Below are positions 26,184 to 26,518 of a stretch of 26,518 nucleotides of DNA, piece by piece. The notes under the pieces were generated by a model. That model was not told the origin of the DNA, ran no database searches, and was given only the letters and a program-made list of their open reading frames with translations. The DNA is from Candidatus Dadabacteria bacterium (lineage in GTDB: Bacteria > Desulfobacterota_D > UBA1144 > Nemesobacterales > CSP1-2), in the NCBI GenBank assembly GCA_040289575.1, contig PSLL01000003.1, positions 115,912 through 142,429 on the forward strand, given 5' to 3'. How positions within the stretch are numbered: position 1 is the stretch's first letter; each line of letters starts with the position of its first letter. Position numbers and translations under genes: made by a program.

Positions 26184-26518
26184 TCAAAGAGGCATCTGAA
26201 GAACTAAAGCGCCCTGGACGCGGCCCTGACGCAGCAAACCCAGAGCCTCGTTTGCCTGTTCAAGTGGGAAAACCCGAATCTCGGTTGCCAAAAGTTCTTC
26301 TCCATCCCTTCGAGTTAGGTTGGCAACTGAGCGGACGATGCGTTCTTCCCAAAGAATTCGGTATGGAAACGACGGGATGTCACTCATATGAATACCTCCA
26401 CAGACAACCGTGCCCCCTTTGGCGGTTGCCTGTAGTGCTACTGGTATTAGCGCACCGACTGGCGCAAAAATAATTGCTGCATCTAGTTCCTCCGGCGGCA
26501 TCTCTGTTGAATTACCTG
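26184..26518 (-). CDS. 3' part of a zinc-dependent alcohol dehydrogenase family protein; enters from the window edge and may be a pseudogene
   Basis: Frame is open to the edge: GNSTEMPPEELDAAIIFAPVG...GGTVVCGGIHMSDIPSFPY..LWEER..RSVANLTRRDG. Confidence 0.85.
   Translation of the reverse strand, partial: GNSTEMPPEELDAAIIFAPVGALIPVALQATAKGGTVVCGGIHMSDIPSFPYRILWEERIVRSVANLTRRDGEELLATEIRVFPLEQANEALGLLRQGRVQGALVLQMPL

Noticed and set aside
373..26473. Numerous short antisense or alternate-frame ORFs (e.g. 4262-4666, 5203-5607, 18707-19111, 22050-22262, 24467-24952)
   Set aside because: They are shadows of well-supported genes, with no recognisable motifs

Overview
Bacterial chromosomal segment of moderate-to-low GC, with about 30 intact CDS and no rRNA, tRNA, CRISPR array or transposase recognised. 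The gene style is reminiscent of Desulfobacterota/'Ca. Dadabacteria', but this is an unverified impression. Housekeeping and metabolic genes: der (engA), split transhydrogenase pntAA-pntAB-pntB, maeB, a FieF-type CDF transporter, tlpA-ccdA, phaR, two HAD hydrolases, a GT4 glycosyltransferase and a divergent RpoD/RpoS-family sigma factor. Three things stand out. (1) A single-chain tandem-HxlR regulator with two CKW motifs is divergently transcribed from a protoglobin-MOSC(YiiM)-glutamine amidotransferase operon, with palindromic operator candidates between them; this is a candidate nitrosative/redox detoxification module. (2) An ECF sigma/anti-sigma/periplasmic sensor cassette carries the same promoter motif (TTGTAACC-N16-CGTCA) upstream of itself and upstream of a Met-rich periplasmic protein. 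(3) Several genes carry apparent internal deletions or fusions, including a hypE remnant and a cNMP-binding remnant that suggest loss of [NiFe]-hydrogenase genes. All product calls come from motif recognition by eye, without database searches.
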